DNA from: Candidatus Methylomirabilota bacterium
GTDB taxonomy: Bacteria; Methylomirabilota; Methylomirabilia; Rokubacteriales; CSP1-6
Length of the DNA: 28,087 bases
Reading direction: 5' to 3'
NCBI GenBank assembly: GCA_046726415.1
Contig: JBKPAK010000324.1
Coordinates: 1-28,087 of the forward strand
Part shown: in pieces, positions 26,405-28,087 of the stretch
Layout of the letters: each line of letters starts with the position of its first letter
Numbering within the stretch: position 1 is the first letter of the stretch
The notes under the pieces: model-generated
Databases searched by the model: none
Told to the model about the DNA's origin: nothing
What the model saw: only the letters and a program-made list of their open reading frames with translations
Translations under genes and position numbers: made by a program

Positions 26405-26590
26405 TCAGCACTCCCACAGGGCCTGAGGCATCGGGCGCCTTCGCTGCAATCGATCGCAGGCCTGGGTGAGACGTCTGGGACTGGTCGATGATTCTCGTTC
26501 GGCGAAAGATTCACAAGCATTAGGTAGAAGGGCGGTCTGACCGTCGACTTCATCGTCGTCCGCGAAGGTGTGGCGGCGTCGATCTTTCAT
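26405..26590 (-). CDS. Small hypothetical ORF
   Basis: 61-aa ORF with GGAAAGG before the ATG; no recognisable family. Confidence 0.25.
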   Translation of the reverse strand: MKDRRRHTFADDDEVDGQTALLPNACESFAERESSTSPRRLTQACDRLQRRRPMPQALWEC

Positions 26591-26678
26591 GGGACCCTTT
26601 CCGTGGTCGGCGGCGTCCCGCCCGAAGCGGAGACGGCCTTCCTCGGGGGTGGCCGGCGCTCCAGTCAGTTAGTCTCAT

Positions 26679-26837
26679 ACGAATTTACTCAGCCCAGGGA
26701 CTGTACAGCGGATCGTCGGCCAACTCCAGCGCCTCGGCATCCCGCATAGCCCGGTCGCCTACGACGCCGGCGTGAGCAAGTTCATCGTCACTCACGCGCT
26801 GGCCGGCCGGTACGCCGACCACCGCCGCCTTCGTTGA
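26679..26837 (+). pseudogene. Possible degenerate Cro/Ner-like helix-turn-helix gene
   Basis: ACG-NLLSPGTVQRIVGQLQRLGIPHSPVAYDAGVSKFIVTHALAGR...TGA; matches the L..LGI....VA..AGVS...V...L.GR HTH pattern; no canonical start. Confidence 0.4.
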
Positions 26838-27018
26838 GGAGAAAGCAGGCGACGAAGCCATCGGCGAGGGAATGGCCCCAGTCAATCCGGCTAGCGACTG
26901 GGGCGCGCGACCAGCGTTGACGTAGGATGCCCGCCAGTTACCCCGTCGAGTAGATGCCGCTATACCCTTCTCGTGGTTCCCTTCAGTGGCGGCGAAGAGT
27001 CGCGAGGTGGCCATTCGC

Positions 27019-27936
27019 CTACTTGCCGTCCCTCAGTGGCTCCCAGCAGTAATCGCGTCGGCCGGTCATGCACCCCTGTGGCGGGCCGTACCAGACGCCG
27101 TTTATCGCGTGGCAGCTCTGGGCGGTGTGCGGCTGCCATGGGGGCGTCGAATCGGGACCGTCGTTGTCGTATCGCTCCCAGCGGTGCAGCCCTCGCCGGT
27201 AGTCCTTCGTCCCGCAGATGGGGACGAAATCGCCGACGTACGCCTTCTCGGTCCACCCCCTGTCTGTCGGGCCGGCCGTCGACCGGAGGCGTGCATCGCC
27301 GTGGCACGTTGTGTGAGGGCCCGCGTCGATTGACGTGGTGGATTGCCCGGAGTAGGCGGTGAGTCCGGTTGGCGGGTTTTGGCCTGCCGGATCGAACGCC
27401 GCGTCGATCGCGAACTCCCAGCGGGTCTGCTCCAGATGCGTACCGTCTGCTGGATAGCGAGGAGCCAAGGCCCCGAACCCGATCGCTCCGGGCCAGGTGC
27501 CCCACCAAGTCCCCTTTGGTGCGCCGGGCGCTGACTTGAAGTCCCCGAATTCTGAGATTACATAGAGCGCCCAGGCGTCATAGACCCAAAATTGGTACGC
27601 GTTGCCGCCCTTGGGGCCATCCCGGCGGGTCATCCATACGAATCCCGTGGCATCTGGCGCCCCGAGCTTCAGATGCACATACCAGTTATCGTGGGTCACT
27701 CCGGCCGGGATCTGCGGGCAGGCGGGATCGGTGCGCAGGTAGTGCGTGGACGCCATGTCGTCGCAGCCTGGACCGATGTTGGGCCAGTAGCAAAGCAGGT
27801 CGTACGCGCCCTCGGTCGGTGCCCGCGTCTCTTCGGCAGAGATGGGCATTGTCACGCCGAGGACGCCGAGGACCCATAATGCGAGCCCGAGAACTCGGCG
27901 CCACGAGCGGAGACGCGGATACTCTGATGTCGTCAC
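27019..27936 (-). CDS. Secreted Cys/Trp-rich hypothetical protein
   Basis: AGGAGG 7 nt before GTG 27936; CATAAT just upstream; signal peptide RR-VLGLALWVLGVLGVTMPISA; 8 cysteines in the mature region. Confidence 0.75.
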   Translation of the reverse strand: MTTSEYPRLRSWRRVLGLALWVLGVLGVTMPISAEETRAPTEGAYDLLCYWPNIGPGCDDMASTHYLRTDPACPQIPAGVTHDNWYVHLKLGAPDATGFVWMTRRDGPKGGNAYQFWVYDAWALYVISEFGDFKSAPGAPKGTWWGTWPGAIGFGALAPRYPADGTHLEQTRWEFAIDAAFDPAGQNPPTGLTAYSGQSTTSIDAGPHTTCHGDARLRSTAGPTDRGWTEKAYVGDFVPICGTKDYRRGLHRWERYDNDGPDSTPPWQPHTAQSCHAINGVWYGPPQGCMTGRRDYCWEPLRDGK

Positions 27937-28087
27937 GGGCAATCCTCCTAGCCCGCATTATGCGTGAAGACACAGACATGACCCCGACAGGGGCCGCATT
28001 GGCGCGCAGGGCCAACTTTGCGGGGTCGGAACATCGCGATGCATTGCCAATCGAAGGAACGAACCGTGGACACGCTCGGTGGAGGGC

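Noticed and set aside
26685..27014. 109-aa minus-strand ORF after the secreted protein
   Set aside because: No recognisable motif, and the opposite strand carries a more protein-like HTH pattern; left uncalled.

Overview
High-GC bacterial chromosome segment, probably from a diderm. The gene order resembles deltaproteobacterial/Methylomirabilota (Rokubacteria-like) genomes; this is inference and was not searched. Bases 1-18.3 kb are core housekeeping: vanZ-like gene; rlmD-dppB-dppC (minus); DciA/TPR fusion-LolB-like lipoprotein-ispE-tRNA-Gln-prs-rplY-pth; rpsU-mutS2-dnaG-rpoD-tRNA-Ile2(CAT)-zinc-ribbon protein-rnhA. A 4.3 kb accessory block (ThDP enzyme, signal-less TAXI receptor, aldo/keto reductase, small lipoprotein) separates rnhA from the RNase P RNA gene rnpB. 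Everything after rnpB (23.15-28.09 kb) looks like a decaying island: a catalytically dead Xer-like recombinase relic, a pRiA4b ORF-3 family gene, a frameshifted antitoxin relic, a pentapeptide-repeat gene, an unannotated 33-aa membrane peptide, an HTH relic and a Cys/Trp-rich secreted orphan. The most striking observation is one continuous ORF fusing a DciA/DUF721 helicase-loader-like domain through an internal lipoprotein signal peptide to a long TPR array, a possible polyprotein linking replication to the envelope. All calls come from reading motifs by eye; no database searches were run.
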